Assembly (NCBI GenBank): GCA_965602015.1 | Contig: OZ271918.1 | Coordinates: 960,001 to 1,024,000 of the forward strand | DNA length: 64,000 nucleotides | DNA from: Salinispira sp. | GTDB taxonomy: Bacteria > Spirochaetota > Spirochaetia > DSM-27196 > Salinispiraceae | Direction: 5' to 3' | Shown: positions 39,639 to 49,880 of the stretch, piece after piece | Layout of the letters: each line of letters opens with the position of its first letter | Position numbering within the stretch: position 1 is the stretch's first letter | Notes under the pieces: model-generated | Told to the model about the DNA's origin: nothing | The model's input: only the letters and a program-made list of their open reading frames with translations | Database searches by the model: none | Position numbers and translations under genes: made by a program

Positions 39639-40223
39639 CTATACCACCACCCGGTACGCGCTGCCTCCGGCCTGCAAAGTGCTGTGAATGAGAACCGCCG
39701 GTTCAAGGTCAAGAACCGGCAGCAGGAATTCGGGCATTGCGGCAAATGCCTCTCTGATATCATGGGCGGACGCCTGCCTTTTTACATAGGCCAGGGTCAG
39801 GTGCGGCCGCAGGGGTCTGTCATCGAAGGCTATCCCCTCGGCCCGCAGCGCCGACAAAAACCCGGCGCGACCGGTGTTAAGCAGATGGTCGGTCGCGGGC
39901 GATTGCTCAGGCGCCAGGACCAACACCCTCGGCCTCCGTGCGTCCGGAAAGGGAACGGGGAACAGATTTTTTAGGGCCAGGGGTCGGGAAAACAGCTCGG
40001 GTTCCCGTTTCCGGTAATCTTTGAGAATATCTGCAGTTCTTCGAAGCTCTTCCTCGGCGAGGTCTCCGAGAAAAATACCGGTGATATGATAATTTCTCGG
40101 GGGAACCGCCCTGAACACCGTGCCGGCTGTTCTCAGGCAGGAGTCGCCGATAGCCGACAATACCCCTCGATGGGTCTTTTCCGGCAGCCATGCGATAAAG
40201 CTCCGATACTGCGTTGTTCCCAT
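39639..40223 (-). CDS. thpR: RNA 2',3'-cyclic phosphodiesterase (2H/LigT family)
   Basis: Two HxT motifs, HITG and HLTL; start is uncertain. Confidence 0.82.
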   Translation of the reverse strand: MGTTQYRSFIAWLPEKTHRGVLSAIGDSCLRTAGTVFRAVPPRNYHITGIFLGDLAEEELRRTADILKDYRKREPELFSRPLALKNLFPVPFPDARRPRVLVLAPEQSPATDHLLNTGRAGFLSALRAEGIAFDDRPLRPHLTLAYVKRQASAHDIREAFAAMPEFLLPVLDLEPAVLIHSTLQAGGSAYRVVV

Positions 40224-40320
40224 TCGAGCATTCCTTCGCCGATAGTCGGCGCAATCGAGATGATGACGACCTGTGAGAAAATAGTAGCGGCTCAATACTA
40301 TTTATTATAGTATTGAATTA

Positions 40321-41811
40321 ATGGAACCGGAGAACAATCACGAGCCGCCTGCGGGTGATTATGAACTGCGTAAGCGCATCGAGGAATACTACCTACCCGC
40401 ACAGCTCATTGAGGCTATTCTCCAGCGGGGTAAGATTCCCGAGACCACCGAAGAGACCCACATAGGAATCGGTTTCATCGATATCGCCGATTACAGCTAC
40501 TTATCAAAATTTCTCACCCCCAAAGAAAACCAGATACTCCTCAACGGTTTGTACACCGCGTTCCAGTCGGTGTTGCTGCGTCGCGGAGGCTACCTCAACA
40601 AGATTGAAGGGGACAGTATGATGTTCCACTTCGGCGGGAGCCTCGACCGGAAAATGCACGGTCTCGAACTGGAAAAACAGGTAAAGATCATAGCCCGGGA
40701 ACTGTTTTATTCCTGTATTGAAATGCAGCGGGTCTGCGCCCTTTTTAACCAGGCGAACGACAAATTCCTCGATGCCGGAGCCACTGATACCGCCCGGCAG
40801 GCCCTCCAGGACGCCTTTGCGATAATCGAAGCCCTTCGTTCCAAAGGCGAACTGTTGGAATCATTCAACGCCTTCTTCCAAATCAGAATACGAATAGGCG
40901 CATCCATTGGAGAGGTTACCGTCGGAAACTTCGGCCCGGCGGGAGCAAAACAGTGGGATGTCATCGGCGTCCCGGTCATTCTTGCCAAGCGCATGGAGAC
41001 CACCGCTCCGGTTGGCGGAGTGAGAATTTCATCGGACTTTTACGATGTCTTAAATCAGTACGGCATAGCCGACAGTTATTGCAGCCGATTCCGGCGGGAA
41101 GCGGGCCTGTTGAGCTCAGCCTATGCTGAGGTGAAGGACGAGGAGATATTTCTTTTCAGCAACGTCAACATAAAGGAAAAGAAAAACGCCCAGTTTGACT
41201 CGTACAGCGTGCAGGTTAATCCCAACCTGCCGACCACCATTGCCGACCAGGTCGAATCCCTGCTTCTCCAGTCTGAGCCCGGGGCCGAGCGAATTCTCGA
41301 GCTCATTCAGTATTATCGGGGGAACCGTTACGTGGTAAACGCCATAGAAAACCGGATGAAGCTCAAGGGAGTTAAAATCCGCAAGCTCGACCTGCTTCAG
41401 TTTATTTTCCCCAAAAAATACCGGGAAATAATGGAGAAGAACGAGTACCGAAGCCCCCGGGAGCTGGAGGAAGAACTCAACTATAACTTCAGTCTGTACC
41501 TGCTTCTGGATAAGATGGGTACCTACCAGGACATCGTGAAGCAGAGCCCGGAATACACCCGCAGCGAAGAACCGTTTCGAAGCTATGAGGAAACCATGCA
41601 GAACGAGCGGATGGAAATTATCGAGAACTACAAAAAGCGGGAGTTCAGCATGGTTCAGCGCGCCTATTTCTTCAATGTGGTGTTCCCGCTGGTTTTTTCC
41701 TCAATTAAAAACTCAATAATCGAGTATCAGAATTCACTGTTCGAAGATGCGGAAATTGAAGAACTTGAAATTCTCGACGACGATGACGTGCAGGAAGTCG
41801 AAGAACTCTAA
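40321..41811 (+). CDS. Soluble class III adenylate/guanylate cyclase domain protein
   Basis: FIDIADY, KIEGDS, RIRIG, WDVIG.PV.LAKRME. Confidence 0.87.
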   Translation: MEPENNHEPPAGDYELRKRIEEYYLPAQLIEAILQRGKIPETTEETHIGIGFIDIADYSYLSKFLTPKENQILLNGLYTAFQSVLLRRGGYLNKIEGDSMMFHFGGSLDRKMHGLELEKQVKIIARELFYSCIEMQRVCALFNQANDKFLDAGATDTARQALQDAFAIIEALRSKGELLESFNAFFQIRIRIGASIGEVTVGNFGPAGAKQWDVIGVPVILAKRMETTAPVGGVRISSDFYDVLNQYGIADSYCSRFRREAGLLSSAYAEVKDEEIFLFSNVNIKEKKNAQFDSYSVQVNPNLPTTIADQVESLLLQSEPGAERILELIQYYRGNRYVVNAIENRMKLKGVKIRKLDLLQFIFPKKYREIMEKNEYRSPRELEEELNYNFSLYLLLDKMGTYQDIVKQSPEYTRSEEPFRSYEETMQNERMEIIENYKKREFSMVQRAYFFNVVFPLVFSSIKNSIIEYQNSLFEDAEIEELEILDDDDVQEVEEL

Positions 41812-41890
41812 GCCTTGGTCGCCGGTTATTGAGGCCGCCGGCTGACCCATCGGCATTGTAATGCTTCCGGGCCAATCCCTCACCAATCCC

Positions 41891-43042
41891 TCACCAATCC
41901 CGGGCGAGCTGACGCCTGATTATTCTCCAGGCCAGATGGGCGCCGATAATATTCGGCGCGGCGGGCCCCAAACGGTACATCGCCGCCCCGCCGCTGAGAA
42001 AGGCCGCCTGCCCGATGCGCATATCGGCTCCGGGAATGGGGTAGCCCCTGACAAAATCCGAAGGATCATTCTCGGCTCCGGCGAGACCGCCGATCCCCCA
42101 GGAACCCGAATCGGGTTTTTCGAAGCCCGTGCAAAAAATAACAGGACCCTCATGAGTAAGGGCAAACTCCGCGAGATGAACATCCGCTTCAATTACCCGG
42201 TGGGAGGCTGCGCCCCGGCTGCACAGGTCGAGGAACTGCCGGGCTATTTCGGAGGGTACCGTTCCGGAGTAGCGGTGCTCCAGGATTATTTTCATACGGG
42301 ATGCCACGCCCTCAGTGGATTCCGCGGTTTTTAAAAGCGGGCGGCATTTCGGCCCCACGAAGCAGGGGTCGAAATCGAAGCGATACACTTCCAGGGGCCG
42401 CCGGGTTGCCAGCACCGGTTTTTTACCCTCGCCAGCGGCCTTCAGCGCGTATTGAAGCGCGCTGATCCCCCCTCCGATTATAAGCGGGGAGGACTCGAAG
42501 GGGGCAGAACCTGCGCCTTCTTTTTCGAATACGTGCCTGACGTATTTCCCGGCGGATCTCAAGCGACCGACCCATGGGGGATACTTCAATCCGCCGTGCT
42601 GGAATCCCCCGGCGTAGATTACGGTTCCGGACAGGTTTGAACCGTCGTCCAAAACAAGTCCGCCTTCTGGATCAATATGAACGGCTTTATGCCGCCGGTG
42701 TATGCTCTCAAGGCCGTAGCGTTCTATGCAGCTCCTGGCGTGGCTGTTGAAGAGTTCGATGGAAGGCCGGTGATAGGGACGGGCGAACTCCGGAGAATCC
42801 CAAAGCGGGATGCCTCGGTCCCGGGCGTAGCCGCGCAGATGATTAAAATCCGGATGGATACTGTGAGAAGAACTGGACCGTAGGTGGGTCATGCCGCAGG
42901 CTGAGGTCTGAAACCGCCAGTTTGCCAGAAGCTTGTCATGCGGATCGTAAATGCGTATGCGATCCCTGGGAACAGAAAGCTGTTCCATAAGGGCTATGGC
43001 GAAAAAACACCCCTGGAGACCGCCGCCGATAATATGGATCAT
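41891..43042 (-). CDS. FAD/NAD(P)-binding oxidoreductase
   Basis: IIGGGLQG, IIGGGISA, CTGF. Confidence 0.8.
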   Translation of the reverse strand: MIHIIGGGLQGCFFAIALMEQLSVPRDRIRIYDPHDKLLANWRFQTSACGMTHLRSSSSHSIHPDFNHLRGYARDRGIPLWDSPEFARPYHRPSIELFNSHARSCIERYGLESIHRRHKAVHIDPEGGLVLDDGSNLSGTVIYAGGFQHGGLKYPPWVGRLRSAGKYVRHVFEKEGAGSAPFESSPLIIGGGISALQYALKAAGEGKKPVLATRRPLEVYRFDFDPCFVGPKCRPLLKTAESTEGVASRMKIILEHRYSGTVPSEIARQFLDLCSRGAASHRVIEADVHLAEFALTHEGPVIFCTGFEKPDSGSWGIGGLAGAENDPSDFVRGYPIPGADMRIGQAAFLSGGAAMYRLGPAAPNIIGAHLAWRIIRRQLARDW

Positions 43043-44856
43043 TTTTTCAGGGATTTTGAAAACTCCGTCCAGGCGTCGTTTCGTTCCTGCTCGCTGTAGC
43101 GCCGTTTTGCCACAGCCTTTGCTTCTTCCGCCATACTCTGTTTGTGCTTTTTCTCCGGTTTAAAGTCCCGCCCATTGGAAAGCCGCCGTTCGGCCCGGGA
43201 AGTCCCGCGGCGCTGGCCCCGTGATGGGCTGCTTCCCCGTTCGTTGGCCCGGGAAAGTCCCCCGGTTTTACCGTGCGGATATTTGGAGGGCAGGGCCGCC
43301 TCGGTCTCCATCCGCTGATAGATTCGGCTGACCTGATCGGCGAACTTGTTCCTGAAACTCTCATGCCTGCCGGTAATCCGCATAATGATTTGCCGGAGGA
43401 TGCTGAAGTTCAAAAACGCATGATGATACATGTCTTTTACGTTCAGGTTAAAAATGACCTGAAGTTCCTTGAACTGGATTTGGTCCGGATAAAAAAAGCT
43501 CACCAAAACGCCCTTCATTTCATCTACGCTGTTTAACTGTCTGGTCTTTCGGGCGGACTGAATAAACGCTTCGGCCACCGTGGCGGGTTTCGCCAAAAGT
43601 GAGGCGCTGAGTTTATCCATCTGTTTCACCTGATCTTCAATATCGGATTCGAAAGTTGCGCTGGAGTTAAAAATGTTCGCCGCCAGGCCCTGTTTGCTGC
43701 GTATGTAGCGGCTCATCAGCGGCAGATAGTGCTTGTATAGCTCCCTGCTGAGCTTTTCCACTCTCTGGATAAACAAGGGCTTTATATTATCCTCATGGAT
43801 GAGATTTTCATCCAGTTGGAGAATTACCGGCAAATTTCTCCCGCTTTCGGCCCTGAAATAGGCCTTTTCGAAGTCAGAACGGAAATTCGGGAAGTACTCG
43901 CCGTATTTCTCCTTAAAGCTGTCGATGTGATTTTCGAAGAGATCCCGGGGAACCAGGTAATTCTCAGCTTTCTGGATTATTTCAGCCAGGGCGCTCATGT
44001 CCGCCTGCTTTTCCTCATCACGGGCTTTTTTCTCTTTTGCGACGATTATTTGAGCTTCCAGAAATCTGTGAAGATACCGGCAGATATCGAAAAGGTCCTC
44101 GGGAATTTTCACCTTGCGCTGTACCATGAGGTTTTCTTTTTGCTCCAGAAAGGTGCCGGTCATGTCCTTCCAGAAGCCCGGTTCCTTCGCATCGATGTTT
44201 CCCCGAAGTTCAGTAAGGCTCATTTCAAGAATCGAGGCGCCCAGGGCCAGGAAGTTGCTGCTTTGAAAAAGACTTCGCATTTTGGATATGGCGATAGTGA
44301 GGATTCGCACCAGGGAATTCTGGGTAAGCAAAAACATGTCGCTGCCTTGGTTTTCCACCATGTACATATCTGTGCCCCGGGTCTTTTTATGAACATACAA
44401 CTCGGCAATATCGCGGTACTTCATTTCCCTCAGGTATTCGACGGGAATCGGCGTTCCTTTTTCTGTCATGCCTTTCTGGGTCGGCAGCGGCTGATGAAGA
44501 TTTTCGAACACGTCGAGAATTTCTTCTTCCAGAAGATAGCTGAAGAAAATTTGCTGGCCGGGTTCGCAAATCAGTATGGAATCCGGTTCCCGGCTTCCCT
44601 CTTTGATTTTCGAGACGATAATCCCCATGTGCCCCTTGCTGAGCTTGGCCATAAGGCGCATCAGCTCGGCGTTTGAATTCGGCGTATCGCGGTTTATCAT
44701 GGCGATGAACCGGGCATAGGGGATGAGGGGTTCCCACACCCGGCAGAGCTTGTGAAAAATAGAGCGCTCATTGGGGCTGAAATTGCCCAATTGGGAGAGG
44801 TAGGCTTCCCGTTCCTTCTCGTCATAGGTTACGAAAACCGGTTGAATCAATGACAT
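43039..44856 (-). CDS. Hypothetical helical protein with a basic low-complexity tail
   Basis: 605-aa ORF whose stop overlaps the downstream start codon. Confidence 0.65.
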   Translation of the reverse strand: MSLIQPVFVTYDEKEREAYLSQLGNFSPNERSIFHKLCRVWEPLIPYARFIAMINRDTPNSNAELMRLMAKLSKGHMGIIVSKIKEGSREPDSILICEPGQQIFFSYLLEEEILDVFENLHQPLPTQKGMTEKGTPIPVEYLREMKYRDIAELYVHKKTRGTDMYMVENQGSDMFLLTQNSLVRILTIAISKMRSLFQSSNFLALGASILEMSLTELRGNIDAKEPGFWKDMTGTFLEQKENLMVQRKVKIPEDLFDICRYLHRFLEAQIIVAKEKKARDEEKQADMSALAEIIQKAENYLVPRDLFENHIDSFKEKYGEYFPNFRSDFEKAYFRAESGRNLPVILQLDENLIHEDNIKPLFIQRVEKLSRELYKHYLPLMSRYIRSKQGLAANIFNSSATFESDIEDQVKQMDKLSASLLAKPATVAEAFIQSARKTRQLNSVDEMKGVLVSFFYPDQIQFKELQVIFNLNVKDMYHHAFLNFSILRQIIMRITGRHESFRNKFADQVSRIYQRMETEAALPSKYPHGKTGGLSRANERGSSPSRGQRRGTSRAERRLSNGRDFKPEKKHKQSMAEEAKAVAKRRYSEQERNDAWTEFSKSLKK

Positions 44857-44970
44857 GGCTCAAGTATATCATGTTCGACTTATCATTACACAGCGTCAAT
44901 GGGCATTGGCCGGCAAATATCCTGGCCAAGATGCGGCGGCCTCATTAAACTTTAATATTGAGGGAATCTA

Positions 44971-46053
44971 ATGAAGAAGATGAAACGCCATCACGAAAGC
45001 TACGATTATCTCTACGATCTGCTGCAGCGGACCCCTGTCTGGCCCCTTGATGAGAACCGCAAGTACCTGATATTTAGCGATCTGCACATGGGCGCCGGTG
45101 GCCGGAACGACGATTTTGAACCCAACGCCGATATGTTCCTGGACATCCTCGATGATTATCTCAGTCGGGGTTTCACGCTTATTCTTAACGGCGATGTGGA
45201 GGAGCTCCTGCGGTTTAACCTGCGGGACATCATGAGCCGCTGGGCAAGGTTTTTTGCCATTCTGGATGGGTTTCGCGATGGTCCGGGACTCTACAAGATA
45301 ATCGGCAATCACGATCTGGAGTTGCAGGATGCGGCGGACTATCCCTATGAGCTATATGAGGCCCTTACCTTCGATTACAAGGGTAACCGGCTCTTTATCT
45401 TTCACGGGCACCAGACAATGCGCAGGTACCGGGAGTACAACCGGGCCATTCACTACACCCTTAAGTATCTCGCAAATCCTCTGAATATTAAGAATTACGC
45501 AGTCAGCCACTCCAGCCACAAACGATTTACCACCGAAAAACGGGTGTATCAATTCAGCTCGGAGCAGAAGGTGATGAGCATCATCGGGCACACCCACCGC
45601 CCTTTGTTTGAGTCGATGTCAAAAATTGACAGTATCCGTTTTGAAATTGAACGGCTGTGCAGGGAATATCCAAAGACCAGCGATGAGAAACGCATCCGCT
45701 CGGAGCGCCAGATAGCCGATCTGCGCCAACGGCTTACCCGGGTGCTTGACCGGGCCGATCATTTCGAAATCCGCAACAGCCTGTATAACGCCAACCTGGT
45801 GGTCCCCTGCATGTTCAACTCGGGTACGGTGTTGGGCAAGCGGGGAATGACATGCCTTGAAATAAAAAACGGGAAAATTCTTCTGCGCCACTGGTTTGAT
45901 GAACGGCGCAGCAGCCGCTTTCTCGATTATGTGAGCCTCAGCACCAAGCAGCTTAACAACAGCTCTATCTATAAGGTAAAAATGAAGGAGGACAGTCTCG
46001 ATTATATTTTTACCCGTATCCGGCTGCTGGGCGGAACCGACCTTTCGGGATAA
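44971..46053 (+). CDS. Calcineurin-like metallophosphoesterase
   Basis: DLH, GD, GNHD, HGH, GHTH. Confidence 0.88.
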   Translation: MKKMKRHHESYDYLYDLLQRTPVWPLDENRKYLIFSDLHMGAGGRNDDFEPNADMFLDILDDYLSRGFTLILNGDVEELLRFNLRDIMSRWARFFAILDGFRDGPGLYKIIGNHDLELQDAADYPYELYEALTFDYKGNRLFIFHGHQTMRRYREYNRAIHYTLKYLANPLNIKNYAVSHSSHKRFTTEKRVYQFSSEQKVMSIIGHTHRPLFESMSKIDSIRFEIERLCREYPKTSDEKRIRSERQIADLRQRLTRVLDRADHFEIRNSLYNANLVVPCMFNSGTVLGKRGMTCLEIKNGKILLRHWFDERRSSRFLDYVSLSTKQLNNSSIYKVKMKEDSLDYIFTRIRLLGGTDLSG

Positions 46054-46128
46054 ATCCGGCCTGGCGGAGCCCGAAGGTCCAGCGGGTTTCATGGACATAC
46101 TCTCTGTGCTGTAGTACTCTGAATTATC

Positions 46129-46932
46129 ATGCTGCTGTGTATAAACATCGGAAACACGAATATATCTCTCGGCGTGTACTCGGGAAGCCAGTGGCTTAGC
46201 CATTGGCGGCTGAGCACTGTTGGAACCCGTACCGCCGACGAATACGAAATGCTCATCCGGCCCTTCCTCGAACGCGACGGCCTGGCCATTGAAAAAATCG
46301 ATGCCATGGCAATCGCCAGCGTTGTTCCCGAGCTTGTGGATACCTTTAGCCGTCTCAGCGCCCAACTGTTCTCCCGCGAGCCGTTTTATGTCCATTCGGG
46401 AATAGCCACCGGTCTTGATATCCGTATTGATAATAGCGGCGAACTGGGCGCCGACCTGGTTGCCAACGCGGTTGCGGGATATCGGCTTGCAAATGGGGGC
46501 GACAGCGAATCCGCCCGGGAATCCGGAGGGTACGGGGCCATTATAATCGATTTCGGCACCGCCCTGACTTTCACCATGGTGAGCGGCGATGCCCGCATCC
46601 TCGGTGTATCCATAGCTCCCGGTTTGAACGGTGCCATTAAAGCCCTGGCGGGCGACACCGCCCAACTGCCCCATGTGAAACTCGAAGCTCCGGAAAAGGT
46701 TATCGGAACGAATACCATTAGCTCGATACAGTCCGGAGTGATTTACGGCTATACGGGGCTGGTCGAATCAATGGTTTCCCGAATACGCAGGGAGATGGGC
46801 GGTGAAGTGAAAATCGTGGCGACCGGAGGCCTGCACCGGGTAATCGCCGTTCTCACCGATTGTTTCGATTTTCAGGAACCCTGGCTCCACCTCGAGGGCA
46901 TCAGGGAAATATACCAGCTCAATTCAAAATAA
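46129..46932 (+). CDS. coaX: Type III pantothenate kinase
   Basis: IGNTN, SVVP, GAD, DFGTA, IAPG, TGG. Confidence 0.92.
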   Translation: MLLCINIGNTNISLGVYSGSQWLSHWRLSTVGTRTADEYEMLIRPFLERDGLAIEKIDAMAIASVVPELVDTFSRLSAQLFSREPFYVHSGIATGLDIRIDNSGELGADLVANAVAGYRLANGGDSESARESGGYGAIIIDFGTALTFTMVSGDARILGVSIAPGLNGAIKALAGDTAQLPHVKLEAPEKVIGTNTISSIQSGVIYGYTGLVESMVSRIRREMGGEVKIVATGGLHRVIAVLTDCFDFQEPWLHLEGIREIYQLNSK

Positions 46933-48421
46933 TTATTTCAACCCGGCGGTTCCTGGCTCTGCCTTGGGCGGTGGCGTTGTCTCCCAGAGGTTCCCGGGCG
47001 CCCCGGCCTTCGAATCGTATGGTTCCCGGAGGCAGTCCGCGGTCGGCGAGCATTTGAGCCACCGTCCGGGCCCGTTCTACCGAAAGGTTTTGCTGGCCCG
47101 TCGGATTACCCACATCGGCAGTGTGACCCACCACCAAAAAACGCCGCTCCCCCGCCTGGCGAAGGAGGTCGACCAGAACGTCCATCCGGGCCATCTCGCC
47201 GGGCAGGAGTTCGGCGCTGTCCGGCCGGAACTGAAGATTCGGAAGATTCAACGATAAACCGAGGCTGCTTGCCGACAGCTCAATATCCCCGCTTTCAGAT
47301 GAGATGCGTTCGGGAACTTGCGGCGGAAGCCGGGGAGCCTGGTCCCCGGGCGCCACGGGCGCAGCGGCGGGCGTTGTACCCGGCGTCGCGGGCGCAGCGG
47401 CGGGCGGCGGATCGACCGCCGGCGGATTGGCCGGCGTCGCATCGGCCGCAGTTTCGCCGGACTGACCGGACGTAGTGGCAAGCGCCGGCCCCGGCGCGGG
47501 CTCTGAAGAGTCCTGAGTCCGGCTGACGCTGGCCGATGCGCTGCTGGCGATGCCCCTGAGAAACACCGGGTCGTCATACACCGGCCTGGGGCTTCGAATC
47601 CAGGTGAGCCCGAAGCCCTCCAGCCTGATTTGCCTTCCGCCGGTCAAACCGTACTGCTCTGTGATGCTGTTGTTCATGAGAATACGGGTTTCATCCCCGG
47701 GAAAGACGCTAATACGCAGCATATTTCTTCCCTGCACCGCGAAGCCGGTTTGCCTCCCGTCGCTGCGTAAGGCGAAATCCGCATCGAAAAAATGAACCGT
47801 CGCCCCCAGGTATTCTCCGGTGCCCCGGTAGATGTATCGGACATAGACCGAAACCGGGGAGAAGCGTCCGTCGCCTTCGGGGTCGACCAGACGGTATGCC
47901 GGCGCTTCATAGCTAAATCCTTCCTCGGGAATGCCCGGACCCTCCAATCGGTAGAGGGTTGCGGCGGGCAGAACGGGAAAGTTCCGGTACTCGGGAAAAC
48001 TGTACAGATGAGCCGGATAGCTTCCGCTGGCTGGCTGGTAGAGCAGTTCATCAAGGGTAAAAACCCGACGGTCTGAGCGGTCTATTCCGGCGACCACCGC
48101 CCTGAGGTCTCGGGTGGTCTCGGATATCTGCCAGAAAGAGGACTCGTAGCGGTTGCCCTCGCTCCGCCGGAGTTGGCCGGAAATTTCTACATATCGCAGG
48201 CCCCGGTAGGAGTTATTTTCATAGATCCGCAGATTATACCTGCTGAGGTATGTTGTTCCATCGGGAATAATTATCGGTACCAGATCCAGTTCATCCGGAG
48301 AGTCCGACGCCAGCTGAGCGGTAATTGCTGGGGTTGAGGTGAGAAAAAGGACCATCAGGCAAATAAAGGTGACAGCCGCAGGCTTCCCGCTTGTTTTATG
48401 TTTTGTGCTGATGAATATCAT
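46919..48421 (-). CDS. OmpA-family peptidoglycan-binding domain protein with a Pro/Ala linker
   Basis: GHTAD...NLSVERA...NRRVEI; N-terminal signal peptide. Confidence 0.85.
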   Translation of the reverse strand: MIFISTKHKTSGKPAAVTFICLMVLFLTSTPAITAQLASDSPDELDLVPIIIPDGTTYLSRYNLRIYENNSYRGLRYVEISGQLRRSEGNRYESSFWQISETTRDLRAVVAGIDRSDRRVFTLDELLYQPASGSYPAHLYSFPEYRNFPVLPAATLYRLEGPGIPEEGFSYEAPAYRLVDPEGDGRFSPVSVYVRYIYRGTGEYLGATVHFFDADFALRSDGRQTGFAVQGRNMLRISVFPGDETRILMNNSITEQYGLTGGRQIRLEGFGLTWIRSPRPVYDDPVFLRGIASSASASVSRTQDSSEPAPGPALATTSGQSGETAADATPANPPAVDPPPAAAPATPGTTPAAAPVAPGDQAPRLPPQVPERISSESGDIELSASSLGLSLNLPNLQFRPDSAELLPGEMARMDVLVDLLRQAGERRFLVVGHTADVGNPTGQQNLSVERARTVAQMLADRGLPPGTIRFEGRGAREPLGDNATAQGRARNRRVEIIILN

Positions 48422-48475
48422 TGGTATATCCCGGTACTACTCAGTAGTATTGTACTGTCTTTAGGAGGTTTGTAC

Positions 48476-49183
48476 ATGGGCCGGAGTGGAAAATACACGG
48501 TGATTGCCGTGCTTGGAGTAGTGGTCGCCATCGGAACGATTTTTTTTACCGTGCGTTCAATTGCCGGCGGGGTAAACCTTAACCGGACCGAGCGCAGGCA
48601 GGCGGGAGGATTTGTGGAAACCAGCGTAAATCTCGAAGAAACAGTGAGAATCGAAGTTGAAGGCGTGTGGAAGGTCAGGGTTATGCCTGCAGAAAACGGA
48701 GCGTCTGTGGAGCTGTCGGCACCGGAGGATGTAATCGATGAGGTGATATCCCGTTCAGATAGCACTCTTCGGCTGGTCATTCCCCCGGGAGCCCGCAGTT
48801 TCCGGTCAAGTCTGGAGGCGACGGTGTATACTGACAGCCTCGAGGAGCTGTCGATCGAAGGCGCCAGCAGCGTAGAACTGGAGGATCTGAGCATTGATGC
48901 CCTTTTGATTACCATTGAGGGTGCCGGAAGCATTGAGGCAGAAGACCTTGCGGTGCAAACCCTTACGGTAAACGCCGAAGGTGCGGCCAACGTCGATTTT
49001 ATGGACTCTTCAGTGGCAAATGCCCAGATTAATATAGAAGGGGCTGCGAAAGTCGACCTTATGATGGGCGGGGGATTCCTGGAAGGCAGTCTGGAAGGCA
49101 TAGGTAAGGTCCGGTATCGGGGCGAGGTCAGCAAACGGAATTTCAGCATAGACGGTCTGGGCAGTATCGAGTACCTTGATTAG
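48476..49183 (+). CDS. DUF2807/GIN-type beta-solenoid protein
   Basis: Repeated I-EGA-x-x-V units; N-terminal TM helix; GGAGG RBS. Confidence 0.75.
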   Translation: MGRSGKYTVIAVLGVVVAIGTIFFTVRSIAGGVNLNRTERRQAGGFVETSVNLEETVRIEVEGVWKVRVMPAENGASVELSAPEDVIDEVISRSDSTLRLVIPPGARSFRSSLEATVYTDSLEELSIEGASSVELEDLSIDALLITIEGAGSIEAEDLAVQTLTVNAEGAANVDFMDSSVANAQINIEGAAKVDLMMGGGFLEGSLEGIGKVRYRGEVSKRNFSIDGLGSIEYLD

Positions 49184-49237
49184 TACATCGACGGAGAAAT
49201 CGTGCGGGAAGCCTCAAGAAATCCGTCAGGAGGAATA

Positions 49238-49849
49238 ATGAACAGCGAAGAAAAGGCGTTTTTTTCCGAATTGATATCCGACGGTAACTACCTGGGAGCT
49301 GCCCAGTACCTCAGAGAGATTAGCCTTCCCAAAGCCCAGCGCTCAGCCCATATGGGAAAGGTCGTGCAGGCGGTAATCCAGGACCTGGGAGCCGCAAGAT
49401 CCAGGAGCGACCGCGAGCGGGTGGTATTTCTCCGCTCGGTTCTCGCCTGGCTGCTCAAGGAGTATCCGGGACTCGGCTCGCTGTACCGTGAGCAGCTTCG
49501 GCTGGCCTCCGGAGGAACCGACGTGTTGCCGGAACTCGCCCGGGGCGTACGGAATATGGGCGATGTTCTCAGCGGCAAAAAGACCGTGCAGGAAGGTATG
49601 GAGGATGCCGCCGAGCCCCTGGAAAGTCTGGCGGATCAGGCCGGAAATTTTATTCGCGACGGATTAAACCAGGTCGGAGATTTCTTTGCGAACCTCAACC
49701 GTGACCCCCAAAGCTCTGCCGGTAGCGGCGGAGACAAGAAATCCGCGCCCGGAACCGAAGATGAGGAGGAGTCCCAGCCGGTTGATATCACCATTGAAGA
49801 TGCCGACGACCCCCTGCCCAACGATATCCACGACGCGGACAAAAGCTGA
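49238..49849 (+). CDS. Hypothetical protein with an acidic tail
   Basis: AGGAGG RBS; no motif recognised. Confidence 0.6.
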   Translation: MNSEEKAFFSELISDGNYLGAAQYLREISLPKAQRSAHMGKVVQAVIQDLGAARSRSDRERVVFLRSVLAWLLKEYPGLGSLYREQLRLASGGTDVLPELARGVRNMGDVLSGKKTVQEGMEDAAEPLESLADQAGNFIRDGLNQVGDFFANLNRDPQSSAGSGGDKKSAPGTEDEEESQPVDITIEDADDPLPNDIHDADKS

Positions 49850-49880
49850 ACCGCTGCTTGTTGAGCCTAAGGCCGGGAAA

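Noticed and set aside
41872..41901. 11-bp tandem repeat (CCAATCCCTCA, about 2.7 copies) over a stop codon
   Set aside because: Local duplication of the gene end; too short to call an element or att site.
47330..47540. Very GC-rich repetitive stretch
   Set aside because: Explained by the Pro/Ala linker of the OmpA-domain protein.
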